64,000 bases of DNA. Origin: Escherichia phage ECML-134. Both the position numbers and the translations under genes were made by a program. Positions 29,312 to 39,493 of this stretch are shown here, in pieces. The stretch lies in sequence record JX128259. The stretch is one strand, 5' to 3'. Below the pieces are notes generated by a model. The model did not search any database and was not told the origin of the DNA. It saw only the letters and a list, made by a program, of their open reading frames with translations. Position 1 is the first letter of the stretch, and every line of letters starts with the position of its first letter.

Positions 29312-29998
29312 TTAAAAATCGTGGGTAGAATCAGCTTCAAGAGCTACTACATAATTTGCGTGTTCACCTTCAAATTTAGCAGCACCTTGTTTACCTTTTG
29401 CCCAGAGCAGAAGTTTATAATTTCCTGGTTGCATTTTCATATTTGCCATATTGATAATGAAATTAAATGTATTTTCACCATCATAATCACCAAGAGTCAA
29501 AGAATATTTAACACGAGTCAAAGCAGAATCTTCTACTTTATTAAAACCGTTAATTACGATTTTACCTTCTTTTACCGTGATAGCAATTGTATCAATCTGC
29601 AGACCACGAGATACACGCAACAGTTGTTGAAGGTCTTCAGCTTTAATTTCAGTAACAACAGATGCTACCGGGAATGGAATTGGTTTATTAGGAGCAACTA
29701 CTGTACTCGGATCGGCTGCTGGCCAAAAAATTGTTGAGCGGGCATCAGCAATTTTAATATTTCCATCTTCTGACTGGGAAATTTCTGCATCATCATTAAC
29801 TAAAGACAGAATACCGAGAAAACCGTTCAAATCGTAAATTGCTACATCAAAATCAATAACGTCAGAAATATTTGCTTCCGCATAAGTTGTACCATTAACT
29901 GCGCGAGTCATAATAAATTGACCAGATTTAAGCATAATACCGGAGTTAATAGTAGCGAAATTTTTAAGCAGAGCAGTAGTATCTTTAGACAGTTTCAT
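29312..29998 (-). CDS. 45: sliding clamp
   Basis: 228-aa ORF, T4 gp45 length. Confidence 0.85.
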   Translation of the reverse strand: MKLSKDTTALLKNFATINSGIMLKSGQFIMTRAVNGTTYAEANISDVIDFDVAIYDLNGFLGILSLVNDDAEISQSEDGNIKIADARSTIFWPAADPSTVVAPNKPIPFPVASVVTEIKAEDLQQLLRVSRGLQIDTIAITVKEGKIVINGFNKVEDSALTRVKYSLTLGDYDGENTFNFIINMANMKMQPGNYKLLLWAKGKQGAAKFEGEHANYVVALEADSTHDF

Positions 29999-30053
29999 GT
30001 AATTTCCTTCAATTCAAATGAGATTTAATTTTATAACTAATTTAATAAAGCAA

Positions 30054-30443
30054 TTAACGATTAAAATCAGCAGCAATTGTTTCCGCAACAATTTGAGCAG
30101 CAACAATTAGACGTTCATCTGCATTACCGCAATAATCATCTTCAAGTCGTTCACCACATGAAGTCATAATAAATTTAGCACCAGCGTTTAGGGATTCTGT
30201 AGTATGTTTGCGCATTAGTTCAATCCATTTATTACTTACTTCACGATCGATAGCTTCATAATACGCATGACGAGCAGGTGCAGATTTAATTTTGTTCTGA
30301 ATAACTTCCATTGCGTTATCAGAAAGAGACAAAACCCATGCTCGACGAATTTTATTTTGGTTTTGTGGATTTGATTCAGAACGCACGTGTTTTGGCTGAA
30401 TATCTTTTACATCAACAGTATAATTCACAGTAATTTTAGTCAT
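30054..30443 (-). CDS. rpbA: RNA polymerase binding protein RpbA-like
   Basis: 129-aa ORF between 46 and 45, T4 RpbA length. Confidence 0.6.
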
Positions 30444-30452
30444 AATACACCT

Positions 30453-30641
30453 TTAGTCATAATAATCAGTAACAGTCCAAGCTTCATTTCTATTGGACAT
30501 TATTTTTGTATATTCTGCTTTAAATGCATTCCTAAGCATAGATTCAGTAACTATATGCTCTTCATTAGAAAAATTATTTCTCAGAATATATCGTTTTATT
30601 TCAGGAATAGTTAATAGATGCTGTCCAGTTGAATATTCCAT
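30453..30641 (-). CDS. small hypothetical protein
   Basis: 62-aa ORF. Confidence 0.5.
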   Translation of the reverse strand: MEYSTGQHLLTIPEIKRYILRNNFSNEEHIVTESMLRNAFKAEYTKIMSNRNEAWTVTDYYD

Positions 30642-30696
30642 GTTTTTCCTCCATAGAGATTATACTCTAATAAATTAAAGCATAATCTCTTATAAA

Positions 30697-32379
30697 TTAA
30701 ACCATTACAGTAAATCGACCAACTTTCTTCATTTGAAGATGCTGACCATATTCTTGCGGGTCATGGTCTTTATGCGAAATTATAAAGACATTAGTGTTTT
30801 TCATTGAATTTATAATATTAGCTACACCTTTAATACCTTCGGCATCAAATGACCCATCAAACACTTCATCGAGTATTAATGTACTAATACTAACACCAGA
30901 TACAATAGAAGCAATATCACGCCAAGTAAATAAAAGAGCAATATCAATTCTTGCTTTTTCACCTTCACTAAATGAAGCATAACTAAAATCTTCACGACCA
31001 CGGGATTTAATTGTCTCATTAAATTCTTCATCTAATGTAAACACATAATCCGCTTCCATTATTTTAAGATAATGGTTAATCTGCTTATTAAATAATGGAA
31101 TGTACTTTTTAATAATAGCACCTTTAATACCAGAATCTTTGAGCATATCAGTCAAAATTCCTCGGTGGTATTTTTCCATTACTAAATTAGTTTTTGTCTT
31201 AACAATTTTATCAAGTTCTTCTTGAAGCAGTGCTATTTCATCAGCATGGTCAATAAACTCAGAAGATGCTTTTTCTATAGCCGCTTTAACTTTTTTAGCT
31301 TTATCTACCGTTGTGATTAGAGATTGCTTTTTATTGCGAATATCATTTGCCAACGACTGTTGGGTTTTAATATTATCTCGGTATTCATCAACAAGAACTT
31401 TTAAATTATCACGATGTGTTGAAAGCTGTTCAAACGAATGCGTGCATTCAGAAACTTTATCTTTAATTTTAGAAACAACTTTATCACCGGAACTTAATTG
31501 TGACAAGCAGGTTGGGCATAATCCACCTTCGTGATACATATTAATGACTTTATTATACGAGTCAATTTTTGATTTAATTAAAACTGCTTCTTGACCGATT
31601 TTATTAAATGCATCAGTCGGGTCTTCATCTAAAACAATATTAACTAATCTTTCGTTAGCTTCTTCTATTTCCGATTTTAGCGTTCTAGCTTCTTTTGCCA
31701 AATCATCATACATATTTTGTAGACGAGTAAGGTTGTCACCTGTTAATTTTTTCTGGCGTTCAACGTTATCATTATATATTTTAATTTGTTGGATAATACT
31801 ATCTTTTTTAACATCAAGCACTTGGTTCTGCGAATTTAATTCACGTATTAGTGCTTTATTAAGCTTATCCATTTCAGCTAATGTTCCTACCTCAAGCAGG
31901 TCTTCCACAAGCTTTCTTCGCGCAGGGGTCGACAAACCCATGAAAGGGGTATACCCTGCTGTACCAAGGACAACAATCTGCTTGAAACTGGCATATGACA
32001 TTCCGATAAGCTGTTCAAATTCTGCTTGGAAATCTTTACTGCTGGCAGATTCATTAAGACGTGTACCGTTAACGGTGATTTCAAAAACGTTCGGTTTTTG
32101 TCCTCTTTTGATATAGTACTTTTTCTCATCATATTCCATCCACAGTTCAACTAAAAGTTCTTTCTTATTTGTGCTGTTTATTAATTGGCCTTTCTTTACA
32201 TCACGAAATGGCTTGCCAAAAAGCCCAAATGTGATGGCTTCTAACATAGTAGACTTACCACCGCCATTTCGTCCAGTAATAAGAGTTTTTTGAACCTTAT
32301 CTAATTGAATGTCAACTCCATTTTGACCAACTGACATTATATTTTTATATTTTACTCTATTAAGTTTAAATGATTTCAT
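30697..32379 (-). CDS. 46: recombination nuclease subunit, Rad50/SbcC-like
   Basis: 560-aa ORF, T4 gp46 length; Walker A GRNGGGKST. Confidence 0.9.
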   Translation of the reverse strand: MKSFKLNRVKYKNIMSVGQNGVDIQLDKVQKTLITGRNGGGKSTMLEAITFGLFGKPFRDVKKGQLINSTNKKELLVELWMEYDEKKYYIKRGQKPNVFEITVNGTRLNESASSKDFQAEFEQLIGMSYASFKQIVVLGTAGYTPFMGLSTPARRKLVEDLLEVGTLAEMDKLNKALIRELNSQNQVLDVKKDSIIQQIKIYNDNVERQKKLTGDNLTRLQNMYDDLAKEARTLKSEIEEANERLVNIVLDEDPTDAFNKIGQEAVLIKSKIDSYNKVINMYHEGGLCPTCLSQLSSGDKVVSKIKDKVSECTHSFEQLSTHRDNLKVLVDEYRDNIKTQQSLANDIRNKKQSLITTVDKAKKVKAAIEKASSEFIDHADEIALLQEELDKIVKTKTNLVMEKYHRGILTDMLKDSGIKGAIIKKYIPLFNKQINHYLKIMEADYVFTLDEEFNETIKSRGREDFSYASFSEGEKARIDIALLFTWRDIASIVSGVSISTLILDEVFDGSFDAEGIKGVANIINSMKNTNVFIISHKDHDPQEYGQHLQMKKVGRFTVMV

Positions 32380-32394
32380 TTTGTATCCAATTGT

Positions 32395-33249
32395 TCACAA
32401 TGAAGAAAATTCTTTAACTAAAGCCTGTAATGAAGCCTCTATTGGATATCCATTCTTAACTAACATTTTCCTAAACATCACATGTTTAGGACGATTATAT
32501 GATATCCACAATTCATACAATTTATCTTTATTATCCCAATGATAGCCTTTTCGTCTAGATGCTATATGAGCTTTTCTAATCTCCGGATTTTTCCAACTAG
32601 CAGCTACTGAATTTGATATAGCTATTTTATATTCAGGTTTTGATAAAGCAGCACGAACAGCCTTTTGGTGTTTAATTTTATTTTCTTCGTTATTAAACCA
32701 TTCCCTTGAAGCCATTGAAATTTTTTGTTTTGTTTTAAAATTATTTAATCTTTCTTTGTTATCTTTCCTATTTTTTGCTACTGAAAAATATTTTAATGCC
32801 CTTTCTCTAGCAGCATTTCTATTTTGCGGATTTGAATAATACTGTTGAAGCCTTTTTGATATTGTGTCACTTACATCTCGTTTTATAAAACTATATTCAG
32901 CAGCTATTAAATCAACTTCGGCTAAAGATAAATTTTTATATGTTTTTCCTGACATCATTCTATTTAAAGCATTTAGCATTTTTCCATTTTTACCTTTTGC
33001 TAATAAGAAGTGTGCTTTAAAATGATTAAAATGACTTAAATTAACTAAATTCCATGTAGATTTTAAATATTCAGGAAATATTGATTTAGGAAGCACGTGG
33101 TGTGCTTCCGTTTTACCTGGAGTTTTAACAGTTGAATTCATAGAAATAAAATTAATGTAAGACTTGGCGTCTTCTTCACTCAACGCTAATTTTTCAACTA
33201 ATTCCTTTATTAAAAATTCATCATTAATGTCAAGTTTAAAATTCTTCAC
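32395..33249 (-). CDS. free-standing HNH homing endonuclease
   Basis: 284-aa ORF; HNH motif EAHHVLPKS...NLVNLSH...H; begins with GTG; first ~12 codons copy the start of the preceding ORF. Confidence 0.7.
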   Translation of the reverse strand: MKNFKLDINDEFLIKELVEKLALSEEDAKSYINFISMNSTVKTPGKTEAHHVLPKSIFPEYLKSTWNLVNLSHFNHFKAHFLLAKGKNGKMLNALNRMMSGKTYKNLSLAEVDLIAAEYSFIKRDVSDTISKRLQQYYSNPQNRNAARERALKYFSVAKNRKDNKERLNNFKTKQKISMASREWFNNEENKIKHQKAVRAALSKPEYKIAISNSVAASWKNPEIRKAHIASRRKGYHWDNKDKLYELWISYNRPKHVMFRKMLVKNGYPIEASLQALVKEFSSL

Positions 33250-33461
33250 AAAAGATTCCTTTTAATGTATCTTTTAGACCATTCTATCATATCATCATAA
33301 TCTAAAAAGTATTCATCAAATTCAGCCATGCAAACAACACCTTGTGCTGTTTTTGATGTAATATAAATTATTCCAACATATCTAGAATCTTCTTCGGTAT
33401 AATCAATGTTTGCTATGAATTCATCATTAATGTCAAATGTCGAAAACTTCACAGTATGCAT
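33246..33461 (-). CDS. small hypothetical protein
   Basis: ORF track gives 33246-33509; start set to internal Met, a GTG start at 33452 is also possible; stop overlaps HNH GTG start (GTGA). Confidence 0.5.
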   Translation of the reverse strand: MHTVKFSTFDINDEFIANIDYTEEDSRYVGIIYITSKTAQGVVCMAEFDEYFLDYDDMIEWSKRYIKRNLL

Positions 33462-33696
33462 CCTTAATACAAGATACAGCCATATCTCGTAATGATTTAG
33501 GTGTGTCATTATCTAAAATGTTGAAGTTAAAAGATATAGCCCAGTCAGTGCAAACTGTAACCTTTTTAATATAATTATCTTCAACTTCTAGTGGTTCAAA
33601 CCAGTATTCAATAATTTCTTTATGACCAATATCATCTTTTACTTCGCATTCAAAATGCTGACTCATCATAACATTTTTAAATTCATCAAAAGTCAT
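33433..33696 (-). CDS. small hypothetical protein
   Basis: 87-aa ORF; 4 nt overlap with gene 47 stop. Confidence 0.55.
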   Translation of the reverse strand: MTFDEFKNVMMSQHFECEVKDDIGHKEIIEYWFEPLEVEDNYIKKVTVCTDWAISFNFNILDNDTPKSLRDMAVSCIKDAYCEVFDI

Positions 33697-34712
33697 TGTG
33701 TTGCCTCTACATATAGCTGATTTGCATATTGAATAAGTGCTTCACGGTCAGAATCAGTGATGTCTGGAATTGCATTAATGTATTCTTCCATCAATGTCTG
33801 AAGCGATTGAACTTCAACCTCTTCGCTGTCATCTGACTCGACAGAGTTATCAATCTTTGACACAACTCGTAATGAATGCACAACTTTCTCTAGTTCAGAT
33901 TCGAACTTCGTCAGATTTTTGTCTACTTCAGTTACTATAACACGTACTGATAGATTTGTAAAATCTTTATAGTCAATTTTTCCTTTAAATGGATAATGAA
34001 TTCTACGATGCCAGGTAGTGTTGTTTGGAATAAATTCCATTCGTTCTGTTTCTGTATCAAACATCCAGAACCCACGAGGGTCATTCTCGTCACCTGCAGT
34101 TAGTGTCCATGGTGTCCCAATATATCTGACGTTAGCAGCCTCAGAGATAGTATGGAAGTGACCAGACCACACCTCTTTATAAGTCTTAAGGAAATCAGGT
34201 TCAAGACCGTGAGATTTCATTCCTTTATAAAAATAAAATCCATTCAGTTCCCAGTGACCAACACAAAAAGAAGCAGATGAAGTTTTGATGTGCTCAAGAA
34301 TTTCACCAGTATTTTCTTCACACATCCAAGGAATTAAATCAATCAAACATCCGTCAAAATCTACTGTAGTAGGCTTATCATATACTTTAACATTAGGATA
34401 TTTAGCCAAAAGCTCAGTAGAAGCATTTGGAGTTAAAGTATTTTTAAAGTGCATATCATGGTTTCCTACAACAGTATGCAGGGTAATACCAGCATCATCA
34501 AGCATTTGAACTATTTCACGAGCAAACTCCATAGTTTTATGCGTGATTGCTTTTCGCACATCAAAAATATCGCCGTATTGAATCCAGGTAGTAATTCCAT
34601 TTTTCTTAGAATATTCTATCGCTTGCTTAATTCCATCCAACTGAATGGATTGAACCCACTCATCATCGGCTTTAACGCCTAGATGCCAATCACCTAAATT
34701 TAAAATTTTCAT
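33693..34712 (-). CDS. 47: recombination nuclease subunit, Mre11/SbcD-like
   Basis: 339-aa ORF, T4 gp47 length; phosphoesterase motifs GDWH and GNHD. Confidence 0.9.
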   Translation of the reverse strand: MKILNLGDWHLGVKADDEWVQSIQLDGIKQAIEYSKKNGITTWIQYGDIFDVRKAITHKTMEFAREIVQMLDDAGITLHTVVGNHDMHFKNTLTPNASTELLAKYPNVKVYDKPTTVDFDGCLIDLIPWMCEENTGEILEHIKTSSASFCVGHWELNGFYFYKGMKSHGLEPDFLKTYKEVWSGHFHTISEAANVRYIGTPWTLTAGDENDPRGFWMFDTETERMEFIPNNTTWHRRIHYPFKGKIDYKDFTNLSVRVIVTEVDKNLTKFESELEKVVHSLRVVSKIDNSVESDDSEEVEVQSLQTLMEEYINAIPDITDSDREALIQYANQLYVEATQ

Positions 34713-34849
34713 ATATCAAGAACCGTCATTGAAATGCAAAATAAAATTATTGAAATAAATCCATCTGGAGTGCTAAAGAACCCAATCCAACATGCTCTAG
34801 TGAATAGATAAAATGCAAGAAAAAGTATCACATATCCAAGAAATATCAT
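34712..34849 (-). CDS. small hydrophobic peptide
   Basis: 46-aa ORF translated by hand (MIFLGYVILFLAFYLFTRACWIGFF...); stop overlaps gene 47 ATG (ATATGA); GGAG Shine-Dalgarno. Confidence 0.45.
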
Positions 34850-34872
34850 TATATCAAACTCCGTATAAAGCT

Positions 34873-34890
34873 AAAGGGCCGAAGCCCTTT
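34873..34890 (-). terminator. stem-loop at alpha-gt 3' end, UUCG tetraloop on transcript
   Basis: aaagggc-cgaa-gcccttt; overlaps alpha-gt stop codon. Confidence 0.5.
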
Positions 34891-36091
34891 ATTTTGTAAT
34901 AATGTCAAACTGTTCTTTAAAGCAGAAGCTTGAATCTTGATGCTGATACAAAAATTCATATGCTTTTTCTCGCTCACGGTCATAAAGAGCTCGGTCAGAT
35001 GACAGTTCTTTAATACGCTCGAATGTTGATTCCATGTCATTTTCATCAAACCAAATGATACCGCTATCATGCGAGGTCAAAGGAGTATTATCAACACGGA
35101 ATTTTAAATTTTCGCCAGTAGATTTCCAAAATACCGGAATTGTTCCACAAGCACCAAGCTCGAGATGAGTATATTCTAAAGAACGTTGTAGATATTTTTT
35201 GTCCAACTTACTCAACTGATAACCAAATCCGGATTTACTCATGCGTTCAAGCATTTCGCTATTTACATAACGGTCAAGAATTTGCGTTGGCAAATTAGGA
35301 GCAATTTTAATTTGGTCTACTTGATGAAGACGATAATACTCATATGGAATTCCTTTTTCTTTAATAGGAATGAACGCTGGAGAACGTTCCAGACCTTCCA
35401 TAATAGTACTTAGTCCTGCAGGTTTAAGATGTTTTTCGTGAAAATCAAACATCTGATAAAAGCCTTTCCATGTAGTAGTACGACCAATCCAACGGTTGAT
35501 ATTCATGTTAATTTCAGAAACATCTTTCCAGTAGGTTGATCTAACCTTCGCAATATCCATAGGAGGCTGAAAGTTATATACTGTCGGCGCTTCTTCAATA
35601 TCATCAAACAAAGAAACTGTTTCAGGATACCATTCTTTCATCAGAACTTTATTAAAATCGCCATTATCAGAATGACTAAAAATAACATCAGCTCGACGAA
35701 CAGTTTCTTCTAATCCCAAATTTCGACGCAAAGAAAGAGAAGAATGGTCATGTTGATAAACTACAACACGAACCGAAGGTTTAATGTTATCAATAATTTT
35801 TTTATAGTTATTAATAGTGTCTTCTTCAACTGAAGTAGCAGGAACTGAATTGATAATTAGAATATCACAATCATTTACCAGCTTAAGTGTTTTATCGTAT
35901 TCTTTTGCCAATAAAACCGGAATTGAAAATGATTTATAATCATGCGCACAGTTACGAGTAAATGATTTATCTTTAGCATAAACCAAAGTTACTTCATGAC
36001 CATTTTTAATAAACCAATCACGCTGCTCAAGAGAAAATTTAGTTACACCGCAACCTTCAAGACCTCGAGCCATAAAAATACATACTTTCAT
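34889..36091 (-). CDS. a-gt: DNA alpha-glucosyltransferase
   Basis: 400-aa ORF MKVCIFMARGLEGCGVTKFSLEQRDWFIKNGHEV..., closely matching recalled T4 alpha-gt. Confidence 0.85.
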   Translation of the reverse strand: MKVCIFMARGLEGCGVTKFSLEQRDWFIKNGHEVTLVYAKDKSFTRNCAHDYKSFSIPVLLAKEYDKTLKLVNDCDILIINSVPATSVEEDTINNYKKIIDNIKPSVRVVVYQHDHSSLSLRRNLGLEETVRRADVIFSHSDNGDFNKVLMKEWYPETVSLFDDIEEAPTVYNFQPPMDIAKVRSTYWKDVSEINMNINRWIGRTTTWKGFYQMFDFHEKHLKPAGLSTIMEGLERSPAFIPIKEKGIPYEYYRLHQVDQIKIAPNLPTQILDRYVNSEMLERMSKSGFGYQLSKLDKKYLQRSLEYTHLELGACGTIPVFWKSTGENLKFRVDNTPLTSHDSGIIWFDENDMESTFERIKELSSDRALYDREREKAYEFLYQHQDSSFCFKEQFDIITK

Positions 36092-36142
36092 TTAATATCC
36101 TCATTGTTTTGGTTTATTTTACCAAAAATTTATAAAGCAATA

Positions 36143-36160
36143 TAGGAGCCGAAGCTCCTA
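36143..36160 (-). terminator. stem-loop, UUCG tetraloop on transcript
   Basis: taggagc-cgaa-gctccta; 7 bp stem. Confidence 0.5.
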
Positions 36161-36331
36161 TCCGCATAATACGCCATACAAAGGCTCGTTAGAGCTTCTA
36201 AATTTTATACACTTATATGTTATAGTTCCTTCTGCTTTAGCTTTATCATGAGACTCTTTAAAGCGTCTCATCATTTCCTCTTTAGAGGAACGAATTTTAT
36301 TATAATCTATTTCAGAAGTCTGGGTGTTCAT
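36161..36331 (-). CDS. small hypothetical protein
   Basis: 57-aa ORF translated by hand (MNTQTSEIDYNKIRSSKEEMMRRFKESHDK...); ends at the stem-loop. Confidence 0.4.
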
Positions 36332-36334
36332 CTT

Positions 36335-36541
36335 TCACAGTTGCCACCATTTTTTGACTTGGTAAGAATCAACCCACACTTTCATATTAGGGTCTGCTCT
36401 TACAATAGGAGGATTAACTTCTTTAATTGAACTATCGTGGTATTCTTTTTCAGAAATTTTCACACAAAGATGACCATTCAAAGATTCAGTAAATCCTGCA
36501 TTAATTTTAAGACGCTTGAATTTTACGTGTGTAAGCATCAA
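36335..36541 (-). CDS. small hypothetical protein
   Basis: 68-aa ORF. Confidence 0.5.
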   Translation of the reverse strand: MMLTHVKFKRLKINAGFTESLNGHLCVKISEKEYHDSSIKEVNPPIVRADPNMKVWVDSYQVKKWWQL

Positions 36542-36824
36542 TCATATCCTCAATCTGCGATCTAGTAGTCTTCCAAAGAATACTGATGAGTTCATCGTTA
36601 TATGGCTGTTTTAGAATATCCCGACTTTTCTTGATAGCATATTCGTATTGAGCAAAATTATTGTTTTCAGCTGCAATCTGAGCGTGCTTATAAAGACGAT
36701 TCAGTTCGCGTTTGTTTTTAGACAATAACTTATTTGCTTTTCTTTCTGCTTCAAGACGGTTCTTTTCTTCAATAGAAGAAATAAGCTTTTCCACTTCATC
36801 ATTAATTTCGGGTTTATCAGTCAT
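36507..36824 (-). CDS. hypothetical protein
   Basis: 105-aa ORF. Confidence 0.55.
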   Translation of the reverse strand: MTDKPEINDEVEKLISSIEEKNRLEAERKANKLLSKNKRELNRLYKHAQIAAENNNFAQYEYAIKKSRDILKQPYNDELISILWKTTRSQIEDMIDAYTRKIQAS

Positions 36825-36825
36825 A

Positions 36826-37044
36826 TTATTTCTCTAATATAAAATAAAAATCATCATCTGTTAAATGATACCGATAGTTTAATTCTACACCATTAGATTT
36901 AAAAGCGGTATCATACGGATTTTCTGGATCAATATCAATGTCAAGAGCTAAAACTTCCCTGAGATACATTTTAAGTAAATAGGGAATAGCTTCAACTTCA
37001 GGTATTTCTTCCAAGAATCCGGAGAGGTTAATCGTTAGCCTCAT
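36826..37044 (-). CDS. small hypothetical protein
   Basis: 72-aa ORF overlapping gene 55 3' end. Confidence 0.5.
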
Positions 37045-37591
37045 ATAAAAAATCCAAACTAGGAGAATCGTCTACAACACTTTTCTTTTCAGCCCCCGGT
37101 GTTCTATAGGTTGATTCTTCGTAATGCGTCATTTTATCGTAGATGTCTTGAATAAAAGTTTCATCTACTAACGCAACCATATCGTCGTCACGGCTGTCAT
37201 AGACATTGTGAACGAAGTAACTATATTTCTTTGCAACTTCCTTACGTTCTTTTTTAATACGTTGGACGAATGCATTAAAACAAGCTTGAGTTATATACGC
37301 ATGTGGGTTTTTATATTTCGTTTCATCAAAATTGTGAAGCCCCTTAATAGAAGCTTCTATACCATCTGCAATCATTTCTTGTTTCCAAGACTGGGTGTAT
37401 CCTGAAAAGTTGAAACGTTTAGATAAGCCTTCTGCAATAAGCATAATGGCTAATCCGATAGTATCATTCTGACGAACTACTTTATTTGGGTCTTTATTAT
37501 TTGCTAATTCTGTTTTCCAATCAATAATAGCTTGTAAAAGCTCTTTATTGTTTACGTAATTATATTTAGGCTTAGTTTCTGACATTTTCAC
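37028..37591 (-). CDS. 55: late sigma factor gp55
   Basis: 187-aa ORF upstream of alpha-gt; size and position match T4 gp55. Confidence 0.8.
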
Positions 37592-37663
37592 CTCTTAGCT
37601 CAATTCATAGATCTATTATATCATAATATTTGAAGATCTATCTTAAAGCATAGAGGATATCAG

Positions 37664-37933
37664 TTATCTAAGTAAGCAGTATGCTTGGAATACTTTCTCC
37701 ATCATCTTTTTAAATTCATGAATATCTATATAATGACTAGTTAGATCAGCATGATATAAAAAGTCTAAAAACTTTTCATGTGTGCTAACATATTCGCTTT
37801 CATTTAATTCAGAAACATGACTTTCCCAATATCCAACACCAGTCTTATTTGGGAAAAATGAAATTTTCATGCATTGATCAACATAGAAAATGCCATAATT
37901 TTCAATAGTAATAGAAATATTAATAAATTTCAT
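37664..37933 (-). CDS. small hypothetical protein
   Basis: 89-aa ORF. Confidence 0.55.
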   Translation of the reverse strand: MKFINISITIENYGIFYVDQCMKISFFPNKTGVGYWESHVSELNESEYVSTHEKFLDFLYHADLTSHYIDIHEFKKMMEKVFQAYCLLR

Positions 37934-38145
37934 ACATTCATCAACTTAGCCGCTTCAAGAGCTGCATCTAGTGAATCAAATTGGTCAACATATTCAATCA
38001 ATTCGCCGTAATTGGCATATAACCACCATTGGCTAAATTCATACTCAAGGATGAATCCATTTCCTTCAATTTGAGTTAAACCAATGCCATTTGTATTTAC
38101 TTCATATCCAGCAAGACGCAAATCGTTAATAAGAGCTTCGTTCAT
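37930..38145 (-). CDS. small hypothetical protein
   Basis: 71-aa ORF; 4 nt overlap. Confidence 0.55.
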   Translation of the reverse strand: MNEALINDLRLAGYEVNTNGIGLTQIEGNGFILEYEFSQWWLYANYGELIEYVDQFDSLDAALEAAKLMNV

Positions 38146-38147
38146 AA

Positions 38148-38474
38148 TTATACCTTAGCAATTTTCAGGTCTGCAAATTTTTTCTTGCGTTGATTTTTCA
38201 TGCGACGAATAGTCTTATCGGAAATTTCATGCTTTTGATAAGCTTTAGATTCTACACCAAAAGCTTTAACATCAAATTCTGACAAGATATATTGAACCAG
38301 CAATTCACGGACAGTATTGCGTCCAATCTTCTGATCATTCTGTTTCATCGTCTGATGAAGCTCTTTTTCCCATTTATCCAAAATTTGAGGAGTTACAATA
38401 TCGCCTTTTTCTAGCAAAGAAACTACTTTATCATATGCGTAAGAATTAATGACGTTTTTAATTTGAATAGTCAT
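38148..38474 (-). CDS. hypothetical protein
   Basis: 108-aa ORF. Confidence 0.55.
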   Translation of the reverse strand: MTIQIKNVINSYAYDKVVSLLEKGDIVTPQILDKWEKELHQTMKQNDQKIGRNTVRELLVQYILSEFDVKAFGVESKAYQKHEISDKTIRRMKNQRKKKFADLKIAKV

Positions 38475-38512
38475 ACATTATCCTCAATTACGTTAAAATT
38501 TTATTATCCAAA

Positions 38513-38528
38513 AAGGGCCGAAGCCCTT
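38513..38528 (-). terminator. stem-loop with U-tract, UUCG tetraloop on transcript
   Basis: aagggc-cgaa-gccctt followed on the transcript by UUUU. Confidence 0.55.
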
Positions 38529-38727
38529 AGCTAAACTTTTTGGCACCCTTCCAGCCTTCGTACATCATTGCGACTGACAATGACAAAGCTCCTTCACATG
38601 CTGCATACTTATTATTCCAGAACCAATTTAGAAAAACTTCATCCTCAATACCATTGTGTTTCATGTTCTGGAAAAATTTGGCGCGTTCTTCAGCAATTCG
38701 CTGCGATAATTTAGATTCAGGATTCAT
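38527..38727 (-). CDS. small hypothetical protein
   Basis: 66-aa ORF. Confidence 0.5.
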   Translation of the reverse strand: MNPESKLSQRIAEERAKFFQNMKHNGIEDEVFLNWFWNNKYAACEGALSLSVAMMYEGWKGAKKFS

Positions 38728-38943
38728 TTAAATTTCCCAATTACCATTTTCATCAATAAATTTAATCCAGTCATTTACTGACCACTTGGTCGTATCACCT
38801 TTTGGAGTAACATTTAAAGTGTATAGCCCTTGCTTAAAAAGCATTCGTTTGATATTCATATTTTCCTCAGCTGTAACGATAACACTCGTTTGATTTACGT
38901 TTAGCAACTCGTTGAGAAGTATTATAATCAAAATCATCATCAA
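38728..38943 (-). CDS. small hypothetical protein, start uncertain
   Basis: 71-aa ORF overlapping next ORF by 77 nt; true start probably internal. Confidence 0.4.
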   Translation of the reverse strand: MMMILIIILLNELLNVNQTSVIVTAEENMNIKRMLFKQGLYTLNVTPKGDTTKWSVNDWIKFIDENGNWEI

Positions 38944-39205
38944 TGTAAACTGATTTTTTCAACTTTCTTACTTCACTGCGTAATTGGCGATTTAGCTCAT
39001 CTTTAACTTCTGAATCAATGCCTTTCATTCTACGCCATTTATCTGAGCGAAAAATGTTTTCAACCATATCTTTATGACTTACACCATCAGGAGCTTTACG
39101 CTTTCCGAAATAGTCATAATCACGCACTTTCAAGTCTTTACGACGATACGTTTTACCCATGGAGTTTAATTTCCTTAGCAACTGAACTAAATACAGCACG
39201 GTCAC
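38867..39205 (-). CDS. hypothetical basic protein
   Basis: 112-aa ORF. Confidence 0.5.
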   Translation of the reverse strand: MTVLYLVQLLRKLNSMGKTYRRKDLKVRDYDYFGKRKAPDGVSHKDMVENIFRSDKWRRMKGIDSEVKDELNRQLRSEVRKLKKSVYIDDDFDYNTSQRVAKRKSNECYRYS

Positions 39206-39335
39206 AAATCATGTGTTTATGTAACTTAAGTATAAGATAATAAACATCATAACCATTTACGTAAGTAACGCGAACAGCATTACCATTAATAAGATAATAC
39301 TGTCCCTTTTTAATTTCTTTATCAATCATAACCAT
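39153..39335 (-). CDS. small hypothetical protein
   Basis: 60-aa ORF downstream of promoter 39366-39395. Confidence 0.5.
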   Translation of the reverse strand: MVMIDKEIKKGQYYLINGNAVRVTYVNGYDVYYLILKLHKHMICDRAVFSSVAKEIKLHG

Positions 39336-39365
39336 ATCAATTCCTCAAAGGCAATTCATGTGTTA

Positions 39366-39395
39366 ATAATACCACAGTTTGAGCTCGCTGTAAAC
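39366..39395 (-). promoter_or_regulatory. early sigma70-type promoter
   Basis: gtaaac at 39390-39395; -10 TATTAT; 18 bp spacer. Confidence 0.5.
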
Positions 39396-39476
39396 AACTT
39401 TGTGAAAATTATTTTAGGGAATGATAAGAAGGGAACGATAGCTTAGAATGGTAATATACAGAATGTAAGAAAGAAA

Positions 39477-39489
39477 GGCCCAGAGGGCC
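39477..39489 (-). terminator. GC-rich stem-loop downstream of nrdH
   Basis: ggccc-aga-gggcc. Confidence 0.4.
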
Positions 39490-39493
39490 CGTC

